A stretch of DNA of 62,364 nucleotides, counting the filler, from Sanchytrium tribonematis (lineage: Eukaryota), in assembly GCA_018985235.1 (NCBI GenBank). It is 14 parts of 14 records of this genome, joined end to end, with 100 filler letters (N's around TTAATTAATTAA, not from the genome) between each part and the next. Parts side by side here need not be neighbours in the genome. Positions count along the whole stretch, not along the records: positions 1 to 21,557 come from JADGIG010000090.1; positions 21,658 to 24,708 come from JADGIG010000918.1; positions 24,809 to 27,859 come from JADGIG010000919.1; positions 27,960 to 31,005 come from JADGIG010000920.1; 10 more parts are not named here. One strand, given 5' to 3'. Below are positions 19,919-30,178 of this stretch, piece after piece. Under the pieces are notes generated by a model that saw only the letters and a list, made by a program, of their open reading frames with translations, made no database searches and was not told the origin of the DNA. The position numbers and the translations under genes were made by a program. Within the stretch, counting starts at the first letter, position 1; each line of letters opens with the position of its first letter.

Positions 19919-20806
19919 CTATTTATTAACACTATACATGGACACTTTGCCCTTTGAGTTTCCTAAAATTAAATTATCCTCAAGAAAGGATGAACATTCG
20001 ACATAGCCTAAAGGAGTTGCGTGTGTTGGCCAATTGCTCAAAACTTGTAGATTGGGAATGTCAACGATTCGGAGACTGTCTTTCTTTTGATTTGAGTGCA
20101 TCAATAAATAATCTTTGTAGAATTCGAGTCCATTGATACTAGTCTTTAAATTACCGAATTCTTTAATAAGGGTATGAATTTCATTTTCCCATTTATAAAG
20201 ATAAACAACTCCGGATTCACTGCCTGTCGCTAAATATCCTTGTTTGCTGTTTCCTGTTATTGCTATTTTTGTCGTTTTAAAGTTGGTTTCTTTAAATGTT
20301 TTTATGCAAGTAGATGATCGTAAATCATAATGATACATCAAGTCATTTGCACAATATAGAAATTCAAACTCGTTAAAAAACCTAAAATCACTTATCGGAC
20401 AAGTAGTTTTAATAGTTTGTATCAATTGCTTTTTATCACTGTCAACTATATGTATGTTGCGTTCATCAACCATTGCCAAATATTCTTCCATTTGAAATAA
20501 TTTCATTTTCTTCCCGGTTACAAAGTGAACCTTGAATGGTTGAACAGAATTTATATTATAATCGTATGAATAAATGCTTCTATAGCTTGTTAATATGGCT
20601 TGTTTTCTAGTCATCGCACTGCTTATAATTTTGTCTTTTTGAAGTTTGAAATTGCACAATTCGTTTTCTAAATCAGTCATCTTTAAACATCCGTCTCGAC
20701 TGGTCGTCATGACAATGCTTGGAATCGCAGGATGGCGGTGGATACCAGTTATCATTTTGTTGTGCTGTGGCAAATCATCCAATCTTTCGACTTTTATCCC
20801 TGTCAT
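19919..20806 (-). CDS. UTP18: U3 snoRNP WD40 protein Utp18
   Basis: ATGSESGVVYLY, NLKTSINGLEF, KKDSLRIV, SNWPTHATPLG, GNSKGKV. Confidence 0.85.
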   Translation of the reverse strand: MTGIKVERLDDLPQHNKMITGIHRHPAIPSIVMTTSRDGCLKMTDLENELCNFKLQKDKIISSAMTRKQAILTSYRSIYSYDYNINSVQPFKVHFVTGKKMKLFQMEEYLAMVDERNIHIVDSDKKQLIQTIKTTCPISDFRFFNEFEFLYCANDLMYHYDLRSSTCIKTFKETNFKTTKIAITGNSKQGYLATGSESGVVYLYKWENEIHTLIKEFGNLKTSINGLEFYKDYLLMHSNQKKDSLRIVDIPNLQVLSNWPTHATPLGYVECSSFLEDNLILGNSKGKVSMYSVNK

Positions 20807-20907
20807 ACCCTTTTTCGCAATTACTAATTTTTTTACGAAAAGTGATTTAGGTTGTTCTTATGCTTTAACTAAGATATATGGAAGTTGTAACATTGTGAAA
20901 AACTATT

Positions 20908-21557
20908 TTATTCAAAAGAAACGCTTTCATTATGTTGCTGAAGAAAAGAATTTTCAAAATCCAAAAGCGGAAAGGTGTCAGGGTCTTTTAGTAGTAACAT
21001 TTTTTGTAAAGCTTCGCTGGGCAATTTTTCTTCTGTAGCGTACAAATCGGGTAAAATTAAATCATTCACAGTCGAAGATTGCAATATAAACTCACTCACA
21101 TCATCCATAACGTATCCATTTAGTATCTTACCGCCAAATACGTAACAAAGAGCCAAAAAGACTTCAACTCGTTAAAATGAAATTTTTCTTGGCCCCCTGA
21201 TTTTTTGTGCAATTGGCAAAGAACTTGAACCAGGCAAATATGTTTTAAATGAAATTTTAAAAGCAGATAAATTCCAATCCTATTAAATTCTAAAATATAT
21301 TCATCCAATAAATTTATGGCATTTTTGTATTCCATGTGTCTTAAATAAAAATTAAGGACGCGAACACAGTCATTTGAAGGTATGTAGTGATTTAAAAACT
21401 CTTCCTTAAAATATTTACCTCTGAACCAACTTATTACGATTGCATAGCTCAAAAAGCATTTTACTTGAGATTTTTTTGTCGTAATAGCAAGACCTCTTTT
21501 GCACATTTCTTCTGCTTTTTCAAAGTCGTGTTGCGATATATGCAATATAGTGCGCTG
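20908..21557 (-). CDS. PCI-domain protein (PCID2/Csn12/Thp1-like), 5'-partial, with a frame change near 21127-21160
   Basis: RIGIYLLLK, MDDVSEFILQS and KDPDTFP resemble the PCID2 C-terminal half; split across two frames. Confidence 0.55.
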
Positions 21558-21657
21558 NNNNNNNNNNNNNNNNNNNNNNNNNNNNNNNNNNNNNNNNNNN
21601 NTTAATTAATTAANNNNNNNNNNNNNNNNNNNNNNNNNNNNNNNNNNNNNNNNNNNN
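21558..21657. other. artificial contig linker N44-TTAATTAATTAA-N44 (12 more start at 24709, 27860, 31006, 34151, 37295, 40436, 43575, 46713, 49849, 52984, 56118 and 59244)
   Basis: Identical 100-nt linker with stops in all six frames; intervening contigs decrease from 3051 to 3026 bp. Confidence 0.99.
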
Positions 21658-22384
21658 GACTATTTAATAAAACACCAAATGGAATTTTACAACTCAATCT
21701 TTTCTTGATACTCTCAAGAAACGCATACTGTATTAATTGATCGTTTTTCAAGACTTTCTGATCCCAATTTAGATAAAAGTACTTCACCAAGCATTCAATT
21801 GGACTCTTGAAAGTATTACTATTACCACGTATGAAATAATTTCCACTTGGTATTTGTAAAACATTTTCACATAAACCATTCAATCCTTTGATTTCACTGC
21901 AAAAACAATACTCGCCGCTGCTTTGATTATGTCCTAGATATAATGGAGTCACACCTAATTTATCAATAGCTGCAATAGTATTTCCATTTCGTTTATCGTA
22001 TAGAATAAATGCAAACATTCCTTCCAATTCATTTAGCATATCTGAAATCCCGTTTGGCTGATCTTTAAAATGCTTATACAGGTAAATTATTATTTCGATA
22101 TCACAGGATAATTCTTCCGAAATATTGTACTTTTCTTTTAACAATTTGTAATTGTAAATATCTCCATTAATTGCTAGTATGATATCTGATGTAACCATTG
22201 GATTTGATTTTCCAGAAGAAGTAGGACTCATTTCCAATTTTTCATGACACATGATCATACTATCAAAAAGTACACAGCCAGAAGCATTTGGACCTCTATG
22301 CCTGATGGACCTACTAGACTTTAAAGCTTTATATCGAAATGATTGTGGATCTTGCAATTGAAATGCTCCAAATATGCCACACAT
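21658..22384 (-). CDS. divergent glutamine-dependent asparagine synthetase, N-terminal part (3'-partial)
   Basis: MCGIF, RHRGP, NGDIYNY, LEGMFAFILYD, SEIKGL, KKRLSCKIPFGVLL. Confidence 0.85.
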
Positions 22385-22463
22385 GATTCAAGGACTATTT
22401 TAAATTATCATTTTCACAAAATTGCGACATTTGGCGTCTGGAGAAACTTTCAAAACAATTGAA

Positions 22464-23024
22464 ATGTTAGTTTGTTGTCTTGGAGACTCACTAACGCAAT
22501 ACGGAATACGCACAAATGGCTGGATCTCCCTATTGAATAGCCATTTCGAACGCAAGGTCCAATTTATTAGCAAGGGTTATTCTGGTTATAATACGAGGTG
22601 GATTTTATCACATTTACATCAAATTTTGAAAGTTAAATGTGACATATTTATTGTTTGGCTGGGTACCAATGATTGTACTGAAGATGAAAAGCAATATGTT
22701 GATATAGATTTGTATAAATCAAATTTAACTACAATTAGTGAGACTATCAAGAATTTCTGTGATCCAGTCATAATTACAATTTCACCTATTCCTACTGTTC
22801 GTCAAGAGAGGAAACAATGGAACGAATATACTGATGCCATTCGAGGTATTGAAAATTTTATTGATTTGTCAAATTTAGATTGGTGCTCTGAGGACTATGT
22901 GGATGATTTGCATCTGAGTGAAAAAGGCAACTATAAAATTTTTGAGAGTGTCTCTACATATTTAGAATCCAACTTTAAAATATCAATGGAATTGTCAGAT
23001 TGGAAAGAATTAAAAAACGAATAA
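22464..23024 (+). CDS. IAH1: SGNH/GDSL esterase (Iah1-like)
   Basis: LGDSLTQ, KGYSGYNTRW, WLGTND, DDLH. Confidence 0.88.
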   Translation: MLVCCLGDSLTQYGIRTNGWISLLNSHFERKVQFISKGYSGYNTRWILSHLHQILKVKCDIFIVWLGTNDCTEDEKQYVDIDLYKSNLTTISETIKNFCDPVIITISPIPTVRQERKQWNEYTDAIRGIENFIDLSNLDWCSEDYVDDLHLSEKGNYKIFESVSTYLESNFKISMELSDWKELKNE

Positions 23025-23238
23025 GTTAAATTGCAATACATTGAGTCAATTTTGGTACGAAAGTAAGTTTTATAAAATTCTTCAACTTCAAAATTTCCAT
23101 TATCAATCTTCCACTTAATAGATTATACCTAACTTGGTTGTATGGTTGTTTCAATTTGTTGAAAAAAATTGTTTTCCAACGAGTTTCAATTTCGTGGTTT
23201 CAATTAAACTGGTTCATACGGGACTTTTTAAAACAATA

Positions 23239-24708
23239 ATGAATCAAAATATTGAAATTACTAGTGCTTTTTTAAATCCTTTCATAATTAAAAAGATTGA
23301 GAAATATATTGAAAATCATAAGACTGACTATGGCTACCCGATTGTCCTCAGAGGCAGCTGGGGTGTAGGAAAAACCACTATTTTGGAGCTTCTCAAAAAG
23401 AGGTATCAAAATTACGATAGATGCTTTGTGTTCAGCGTAAATGAAACTTCTAGTGAATTAGACTTCGCAGAAGAGATTGCAGCTCAAAAGTCTGCGGAAG
23501 GCATGTTTTTCGGGCTCTTTAATCAAATTAAGGAAGATGAACACAAATCTGTGGTGAGTGCATACAATAGAGCCCTGAATCAACTTTATAATGGCACATA
23601 GTTTGAGAATTTGAAGTCATTGACCACAATTTGCTCCATTATGCCAGTTATTGTCTTGATTGACCAGTGGGACTTGCTCAAGAAAGACCATCCTTTTTTT
23701 AATATTGATATCACTCGGTTTCCGAACATTATGTTTATTGTAACATGTACTTGCAATCCAATGAAACTTGAGCGCAGATTTGAAGAATTATACAAGAAAA
23801 GACACTCTTATCCAGATATCAAGGCAGCAATTCTTGACATACAAGCACTAACTTTAGATCAAATGGAACAAATTATAACAAAGAAACATTGCAAATTCAA
23901 CAATAAGGAATTGCATGAAATGACAAAGGGTATATTTCGCTTCATTAATGATGCAGTCATCAAGACAAGTAAACAGGATGTGGATATGGTCATTAAAAGA
24001 CATTGCTTTGCCTCTGTACGCCACTTTCTTACAAGAATGGAAGGATTGAATAAGGACGAAGCAAAGCCTCTTTTAGCACAATGTCTTGCTACTGCATTTG
24101 ATCAGAACGAGTCCAGCTTCACTGCTTTAGAGTATACCGGCTTATTTGAAGCGGATGGTCATTATTTACACCCATTATATGAAGAAGCTGTGCGTTGCAT
24201 TTATCAAGAACAAAACATGATAACTCTCATGATAGATTGTTGCAGCAAATGTGGACTTATTGAAGATGCTTCTGTTATGGGATTTGCACTTGAGCAATGT
24301 TTTCTTTATGATGCACAAAATACGAATTTCTTAACTCTTACTTCAAAGGCAACGAATGGAGGGTCTTCAAAAAAGGTTTACAAATCTGAATATTTTGTAA
24401 GCCAGATGAGTTTAACTATACACTGGACGAGTATTATCATTTTAAAGTCAAGAAAAAAGTTGCCAAGCATTAAAAAGCACAAGGAAGAACTCATTTACAT
24501 GTACCACAACTGTAAATTAGTGGATTTGTTGTGGTTTGATGATGAGCGCATTCTTGTCTTTCAATTTTCTATTTTAAAGTACGCGAATCATAGAAATGGA
24601 AAAGATGTGACTGATTTATTTAAAGAAAATTTTCAAGAATTTGATAACAAGCCATTAGCGCAGTATTTGGAGACTTTGTTTTCAGACAAATCTAGAAAGA
24701 TTGAATAT
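23239..24708 (+). pseudogene. Crinkler-type P-loop NTPase plus PD-(D/E)XK nuclease protein with an in-frame TAG at 23599-23601 (3'-partial)
   Basis: Walker A GSWGVGKT before the TAG; Walker B-like VIVLIDQWD, GFALEQ and VDLLWFD...VFQFS after it, in the same frame. Confidence 0.6.
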
Positions 24709-24808
24709 NNNNNNNNNNNNNNNNNNNNNNNNNNNNNNNNNNNNNNNNNNNNTTAATTAATTAANNNNNNNNNNNNNNNNNNNNNNNNNNNNNNNNNNNN
24801 NNNNNNNN

Positions 24809-25281
24809 TTGATGTCATGACGATTCAAGATTTAGTAGGCATGTTAAAAGAAAGAGAATTTCAAGATATGTTGCTTAGAATTAAAAATACACAAACATTA
24901 ACCCATAAATTAAAAGCCAGTGTGAGAATGAAGAAATCAATGACACAGCGATCTTCTGTTCCAATGTTTAACAATCTCACTCAATTATTACTATTAGAAG
25001 ACAAATTAAACCAATATTTAGAGAATTTGGAAGTTTTATATCAACATTATTTAGGGGATTTAAACATGAAATTAACCATGAATAGCAACAAAGTCAATAA
25101 TGTGATGAGAGTATTAACCATTATTACTGCTTCTAGTATCCCTATGACCATTGTAGGTGGTTTATGGGGTCAAAATGTGATTCATCCATGGTTGGATTGG
25201 GATCCCGCATTTGTGACTTTATTTTTTGGATCTCTTGGATTTAGCATTTTAGTAGCGTACATTAGTAATAAATATATTTAA
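24809..25281 (+). CDS. CorA/Alr1-family metal transporter, C-terminal part
   Basis: NKVNNVMRVLTII...PMTIVGGLWGQNV..PW followed by a second TM helix. Confidence 0.85.
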
Positions 25282-25288
25282 AATGGAT

Positions 25289-25945
25289 TTATTCCTCGGG
25301 TTGGGAACCTAAAACTTCTACCCAATCATCGTCTTCTTTATCTAATGTAATTTCAGTACCAATCGCATCTGTAACTCCCTCCTTCACTTCTACAAAAGCA
25401 TTAACCGCATTCATCGAGTGATATCCAAGATTCAATAATTTATAACTTTCAACCGTAAAAATAGCTAATCCTGCCAATAACATTATCAAAGAAACCAATG
25501 CCATAAAAACTTCCGTTAACAAACCATAATCTGATTTGTTTCCATAGCAAGCTCCTGTTTGACAAGTTAAATAGTGACTTCTCTGAGCGGCAAGTCTAAT
25601 GTTAAAATTGGCATGCAGCATATGTGCTAATTCACAACTACCACCAAATAAAACTGGAATGGCAATTATTCGGAGTGCGCGTAATGGATCTGATTTAGAA
25701 AAATTAATAACTCCTGTTGTCAATTCTCTTGCCAATTGTTCTGCTTGAGTTTGAAATTGCTTCAATTTAGGTGTGACTGATTCAAACAGGTTTTTACCAT
25801 CATAGTTCGCATTTTGGATGAGTCGCATCATTCCTGTTTGGATTTTTGTTAAAATAGAACCGTGGGTTAAGGGGCACGAGTTCGCGCGTGATTCTGCTTG
25901 TGGAATCAAAGCACCAAATGCCATTGTCAAAAGAATCAATTTCAT
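25289..25945 (-). CDS. lineage-specific signal-peptide, two-TM protein, paralog A
   Basis: MKLILLTMAFG start; LRALRIIAIPVLFGGSC, second TM helix, C-terminal EDDDWVEV. Confidence 0.7.
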   Translation of the reverse strand: MKLILLTMAFGALIPQAESRANSCPLTHGSILTKIQTGMMRLIQNANYDGKNLFESVTPKLKQFQTQAEQLARELTTGVINFSKSDPLRALRIIAIPVLFGGSCELAHMLHANFNIRLAAQRSHYLTCQTGACYGNKSDYGLLTEVFMALVSLIMLLAGLAIFTVESYKLLNLGYHSMNAVNAFVEVKEGVTDAIGTEITLDKEDDDWVEVLGSQPEE

Positions 25946-26071
25946 GTTTGTTCCTTGATCTCCGGGTTCTGCATTACACTTTATTATTTCTGCTATAAAA
26001 TTGCACAAGCTCTGCTGGGTTCCATGAAATCCAAGTAGCGTACATTAGCAATAAATATATTTAGATTGGAT

Positions 26072-26764
26072 TTACTTTTTGGTTTGAACTTTTACCCAAT
26101 CTCCATCTTGAATAATACCTTCAACTTTTGACTTTTCTTTTGTACTTGTATCTCCTGACTTAACATTCTCGTCACTATCTTTCTTTTCTTCCTGTTTAAC
26201 ATCTAATAATTCTTCATGTTGGTAGACATATTGATACGCTACTTCCCAACCCATTATAATACTTCCAACCAACATTAGAATTTGTAAAAGAAGCAAAAAA
26301 ACGAATCTACCAAGAACCACTTTAGCAGATTGAAATTGACACCCCTGAAATTCCCGACATCGAAGAAATTCATAAGCTTGATGCTTTTCTCTAACTAATG
26401 AGGGCCATACTAGACGACACCCACCAATAAGAATAAGCATGGCCATCACTCGCAATTTGCGACCTAAAATAGTTTCATCGCTTAATTGAAATAAGCCATT
26501 TTTCAACTCAGCTACGATTTGATTTACCTTTTGGCGCACAACAGACACATCAAGTGAATTTGTTTTGATAGTTAAATGGAGCATATTACCCGTTTCGACA
26601 GCTTTTTGGGCAATAGATGTCAATTCATGAATAATTTGATTCATCGTTGGATTGCCGTAGATTTTGCAAAGACTTCCTCCATTGGGATCAATTTGCACAG
26701 CTCGAAGACCATTGAGTCTGGTTGGTGATACACAGAAACTAGTTGCTAAAAGAATCAATTGCAT
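26072..26764 (-). CDS. lineage-specific signal-peptide, two-TM protein, paralog B
   Basis: MQLILLATSFC start; RKLRVMAMLILIGGC, second TM helix, C-terminal QDGDWVKV; DNA around the ATG is nearly identical to paralog A. Confidence 0.7.
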   Translation of the reverse strand: MQLILLATSFCVSPTRLNGLRAVQIDPNGGSLCKIYGNPTMNQIIHELTSIAQKAVETGNMLHLTIKTNSLDVSVVRQKVNQIVAELKNGLFQLSDETILGRKLRVMAMLILIGGCRLVWPSLVREKHQAYEFLRCREFQGCQFQSAKVVLGRFVFLLLLQILMLVGSIIMGWEVAYQYVYQHEELLDVKQEEKKDSDENVKSGDTSTKEKSKVEGIIQDGDWVKVQTKK

Positions 26765-26949
26765 GTTTGTACCTTGATCTCCGGGTAGTGTACAAGCACA
26801 TCTATTTTTTATGATACAAGACAATCATTTTTTGTACAATACATAAAATTCACTAAAATCATATTCAAAAGGTGTAGAATATGAACCTCAAACAAATTAA
26901 TTCAATGGAAATTACAACTTAAAATTAATCTTGCGTAAATTTTTGCAAC

Positions 26950-27369
26950 ATGTTGATTTCCAGAATTTTTCGAAACACTTTGCGAATGAAAACAGAAGAC
27001 GAATGGAGAGCTGTTTTATCACCAGAACAATTTAAAGTACTCAGACAATCACACACAGAACCACCGAATTCATCAAAATATAATAAAATGAAAGAAAGTG
27101 GTACTTATTTGTGTGCTGGATGTAATACGCCATTATACAAATCAACGACTAAATTTGATAGCGGATGTGGATGGCCAGCATATTATGAGGGATTGCCGGG
27201 TGCTATAAAGCGAACAGAGGATAAAAGTATGGGGATGAGTCGAATTGAGATAAAATGTGCGAAATGTGATGGACATTTGGGACATGTTTTCAAGGGAGAA
27301 GGCTACAAGACACCTACAGATGAAAGACATTGCGTGAATGGCATTTCATTGACATTTAAAAAGGAATAA
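26950..27369 (+). CDS. MSRB: peptide methionine-R-sulfoxide reductase MsrB
   Basis: EWRAVLSPEQF, CAGC, KFDSGCGWP, CAKCDGHLGHVFKGE, RHCVNG. Confidence 0.97.
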   Translation: MLISRIFRNTLRMKTEDEWRAVLSPEQFKVLRQSHTEPPNSSKYNKMKESGTYLCAGCNTPLYKSTTKFDSGCGWPAYYEGLPGAIKRTEDKSMGMSRIEIKCAKCDGHLGHVFKGEGYKTPTDERHCVNGISLTFKKE

Positions 27370-27388
27370 ATTATGTAAAATGATAAAT

Positions 27389-27589
27389 TTATTTTACATA
27401 TTTAGAAAGAATAAGCACTAAAACCAAGGTAGTTTGAGTAGCAATAAACCATAGTTTCATTCTTGATAGTTCTGCAAATTTCTTTTCACTTTCTGCAAAT
27501 TTCTCTTTATATAATTTTTCAAGCACTTCAGAAAGTCTACCTTCTAATTGTTGAGCCCTCATTTCGTCCAGTTGTGGAATCTCATCCAT
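27389..27589 (-). CDS. small coiled-coil protein with a C-terminal TM helix (DUF1640/CCDC90-like tail)
   Basis: Helical acidic/basic stretch, then MKLWFIATQTTLVLVLILSKYVK. Confidence 0.45.
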   Translation of the reverse strand: MDEIPQLDEMRAQQLEGRLSEVLEKLYKEKFAESEKKFAELSRMKLWFIATQTTLVLVLILSKYVK

Positions 27590-27677
27590 GATTTTAAGTT
27601 GTATGACACTATCAGGTCAGTATTTAAATAGATCATGATGGCCTAAATTAAACAAATGCCAATTAAATTGGAGACGT

Positions 27678-27859
27678 TTATTTATTTTTCATTATTTCAA
27701 TCTTTTCCTTAATAAATGTGATATTATCTGCTTGTTGTTGTTTATTTTCACTCTGTAATTCCACCACATTATCAAATAATTCCATGGCTTCATCCAAAAT
27801 CACCTGCATGATTTCCGCACTAATATTCTCAGAAATCTTCAAATCTGAATAATTTCTAT
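27678..27859 (-). CDS. FAP7: adenylate kinase Fap7/AK6, C-terminal fragment (not in the ORF track)
   Basis: Manual translation RNYSDLKISENISAEIMQVILDEAMELFDNVVELQSE matches the Fap7 C-terminal pattern. Confidence 0.8.
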
Positions 27860-27960
27860 NNNNNNNNNNNNNNNNNNNNNNNNNNNNNNNNNNNNNNNNN
27901 NNNTTAATTAATTAANNNNNNNNNNNNNNNNNNNNNNNNNNNNNNNNNNNNNNNNNNNNA

Positions 27961-29739
27961 ATAACATTTTCGTTTAAAGTAATAGTTGGTAAAATTTGTT
28001 CAATCTCTATTCAGGGTCGACAGAAGCAAAAGCAGATGATTAATTTTATGAATAATTTGTTTGATGGCTTTTATACGAACACATACACTCGAAATTATTT
28101 AGTCGCAAACTGTAAAAGCTTTACCCTGGCTAATATTGAAAGAGCCGATGTAGTTAATTCTATGGTAATTTTTATCAAAAAATGTGTGCAATTAAAAATT
28201 GACATTGATTGTGTCGATGTGCTCGGGAGTTGTTTAGATCTAAGTGATGTTGTTGTTACGAGTGCTCTCCGATGTATATCTCAATGCATAGAAAAGTTCT
28301 CTGATTGTAAGGAGATCCTATTTAAGAGAATCGTTAAAATTCTAAGTCGAAACGTGAAAGGAGAACTCCAGATTGCCTGCCTCAAGTGCCTATCTCAAAT
28401 TTTACCAACTATTACTTTAAACGAAAATGTTATTCCGTTATTAATTGACAATTTAAGAGACTATTTGAATGATTCCGAAATGCACGGTGTTTGTGTGGGA
28501 GTCGTTAAGCAATTATTTGCGCTTAAGATTCCAGATCTATCGCTGTACAATTTACTTGACTATGTCATGGAGCTATCTGTCACAAGTGGCTTACCTCAAA
28601 TCCGTAAGTCTATGAACTTTTTAATATGTAATGCACTCTCGAATCTTCCTTTAAGTGAAAAAAAACTGACTCAAATTTTAGAATTTTATCATGGCAACTT
28701 AAACTTCGAAGAGAAAAGTGGAATTTTGTCCAGCTTAAACATGATTGTATTAATACACAAGTTGCTACCTGTGTCCTTACCAAGTCTCACTCGCATATCT
28801 CTCTTAATCGGAAATAACGATGATAACGAAATTGTTGAAGGTTCCAAATTATCCTTGAATTTACTATTTTCAAAGTCAAATAATGAGACCAAAAATGATT
28901 TTGTGAATTTGCTGCTTAAATGGTACGATAGTGATAAAGACAGACTTGTTAAATTAGCGCTTATTATACTCGAATGTGAAAATGTTGTTCAGAATGCAGC
29001 TTCAAAATACAATTTCTCGAACCTGTTCACTTTTACTAACCAAAATGTCATTCCGGTAGCTAACAAGCTACTGTCAAATGAAATTAAATTTATGGGAGTT
29101 TCAGAATACTGCATAAACGCAATTGAGTCTAGAATGAATGTCGACTACGCTACGCTTTATAAAATCCTAATCACCTACTTACAAACATCTAAATATGATG
29201 TAAAGCAACTCAGTGTTTCTTTGTTATACCGGTTCCAAATAGGAGGTATCGAAGAATTTAATCTAATTACAAAAGTATTGCTATTTTTGTCCAAACAGTA
29301 CACCTCTGAATTTTTGAAATTCATAACGAGCAAATTGCTTCATGCTGCCTACAAAGGAGTGGAGTATCAACGTAGGACTGCTTTGCAATATTTGTTTAAA
29401 TTGGTTTCAAATCAACAATATCCACTTTCTGAATATCTCCGAGCAGTAATTAGATGTGAAAATGATCCAGAATTTCAAAAGGAGGAAAGTTTAAGAGCCT
29501 TATTACAAGACAATGAAAAGCTTCTCTCTAGTCAATTTGAAGACTACTTTGACTTATATGCAGCTGCCAGGAAGGATGCGTCACTTATACGCGAACAAAG
29601 AAAGTTACAACAGAAGCAACTGGCTATTAAAGAGCCTCAAAAAGTAGCTCAGATTAAACTCGCGAAAACCACAAAAAAGATTTTGAAAAGAAAAATGAAA
29701 AATATCGAGCAAAAAGCAAAACGAACTCGTCTAAACTAA
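27961..29739 (+). CDS. UTP20: SSU processome HEAT-repeat protein Utp20, C-terminal part
   Basis: HEAT-like helices, NLNFEEKSG, basic tail LAIKEPQKVAQIKLAKTTKK; frame open from the contig start. Confidence 0.75.
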   Translation: MTFSFKVIVGKICSISIQGRQKQKQMINFMNNLFDGFYTNTYTRNYLVANCKSFTLANIERADVVNSMVIFIKKCVQLKIDIDCVDVLGSCLDLSDVVVTSALRCISQCIEKFSDCKEILFKRIVKILSRNVKGELQIACLKCLSQILPTITLNENVIPLLIDNLRDYLNDSEMHGVCVGVVKQLFALKIPDLSLYNLLDYVMELSVTSGLPQIRKSMNFLICNALSNLPLSEKKLTQILEFYHGNLNFEEKSGILSSLNMIVLIHKLLPVSLPSLTRISLLIGNNDDNEIVEGSKLSLNLLFSKSNNETKNDFVNLLLKWYDSDKDRLVKLALIILECENVVQNAASKYNFSNLFTFTNQNVIPVANKLLSNEIKFMGVSEYCINAIESRMNVDYATLYKILITYLQTSKYDVKQLSVSLLYRFQIGGIEEFNLITKVLLFLSKQYTSEFLKFITSKLLHAAYKGVEYQRRTALQYLFKLVSNQQYPLSEYLRAVIRCENDPEFQKEESLRALLQDNEKLLSSQFEDYFDLYAAARKDASLIREQRKLQQKQLAIKEPQKVAQIKLAKTTKKILKRKMKNIEQKAKRTRLN

Positions 29740-29752
29740 TAATAATAAATTG

Positions 29753-30139
29753 TTATTCTAAATATTCAAATTCCAAAAAGAGTCCCATTGTTTGCGTTAG
29801 TAGAGTCCAACGCCGCTTTTCCAATTTCTCATTTTCCTGCTTTAATATTACATCGACTTGATGGTACTTCTCTTCCAGTGATGAGTGGGATAAATGCCAC
29901 GGTATCCAAAAACAAAGGCAACTCAAATTCATAATGTAGTCCTGTAATTTGTAATGTCGGACCATCAGTTCGTTTACTTTGGTTACTATTGGTATCATAA
30001 AAGCATATTCCTCAGGCAATTCTGTATGAAATTTTATACCCGGCTCCCGATAGTCCCTCTCTATCCTTATCCTCCATGTACCTTTTTTAGGGTGTCTATA
30101 TGTATAATAACTATTGGTGAAAACATGATTCATTATCAA
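29753..30139 (-). CDS. Erf4/Golgin-A7 family palmitoyltransferase cofactor
   Basis: IRIERDY..GIKFHTELP, KVNELM, Cys-containing hydrophobic patch, FLEFEY. Confidence 0.65.
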   Translation of the reverse strand: MIMNHVFTNSYYTYRHPKKGTWRIRIERDYREPGIKFHTELPEEYAFMIPIVTKVNELMVRHYKLQDYIMNLSCLCFWIPWHLSHSSLEEKYHQVDVILKQENEKLEKRRWTLLTQTMGLFLEFEYLE

Positions 30140-30178
30140 AATGAAAAAAGTGTTTTGAAAAAATAAAATGATTTTTAT

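Noticed and set aside
20807..20893. Upstream in-frame extension of UTP18 through a TAA (MLQLPYILVKA*EQPK...)
   Set aside because: No consensus intron covers the stop and there is no recognisable homology; likely chance.
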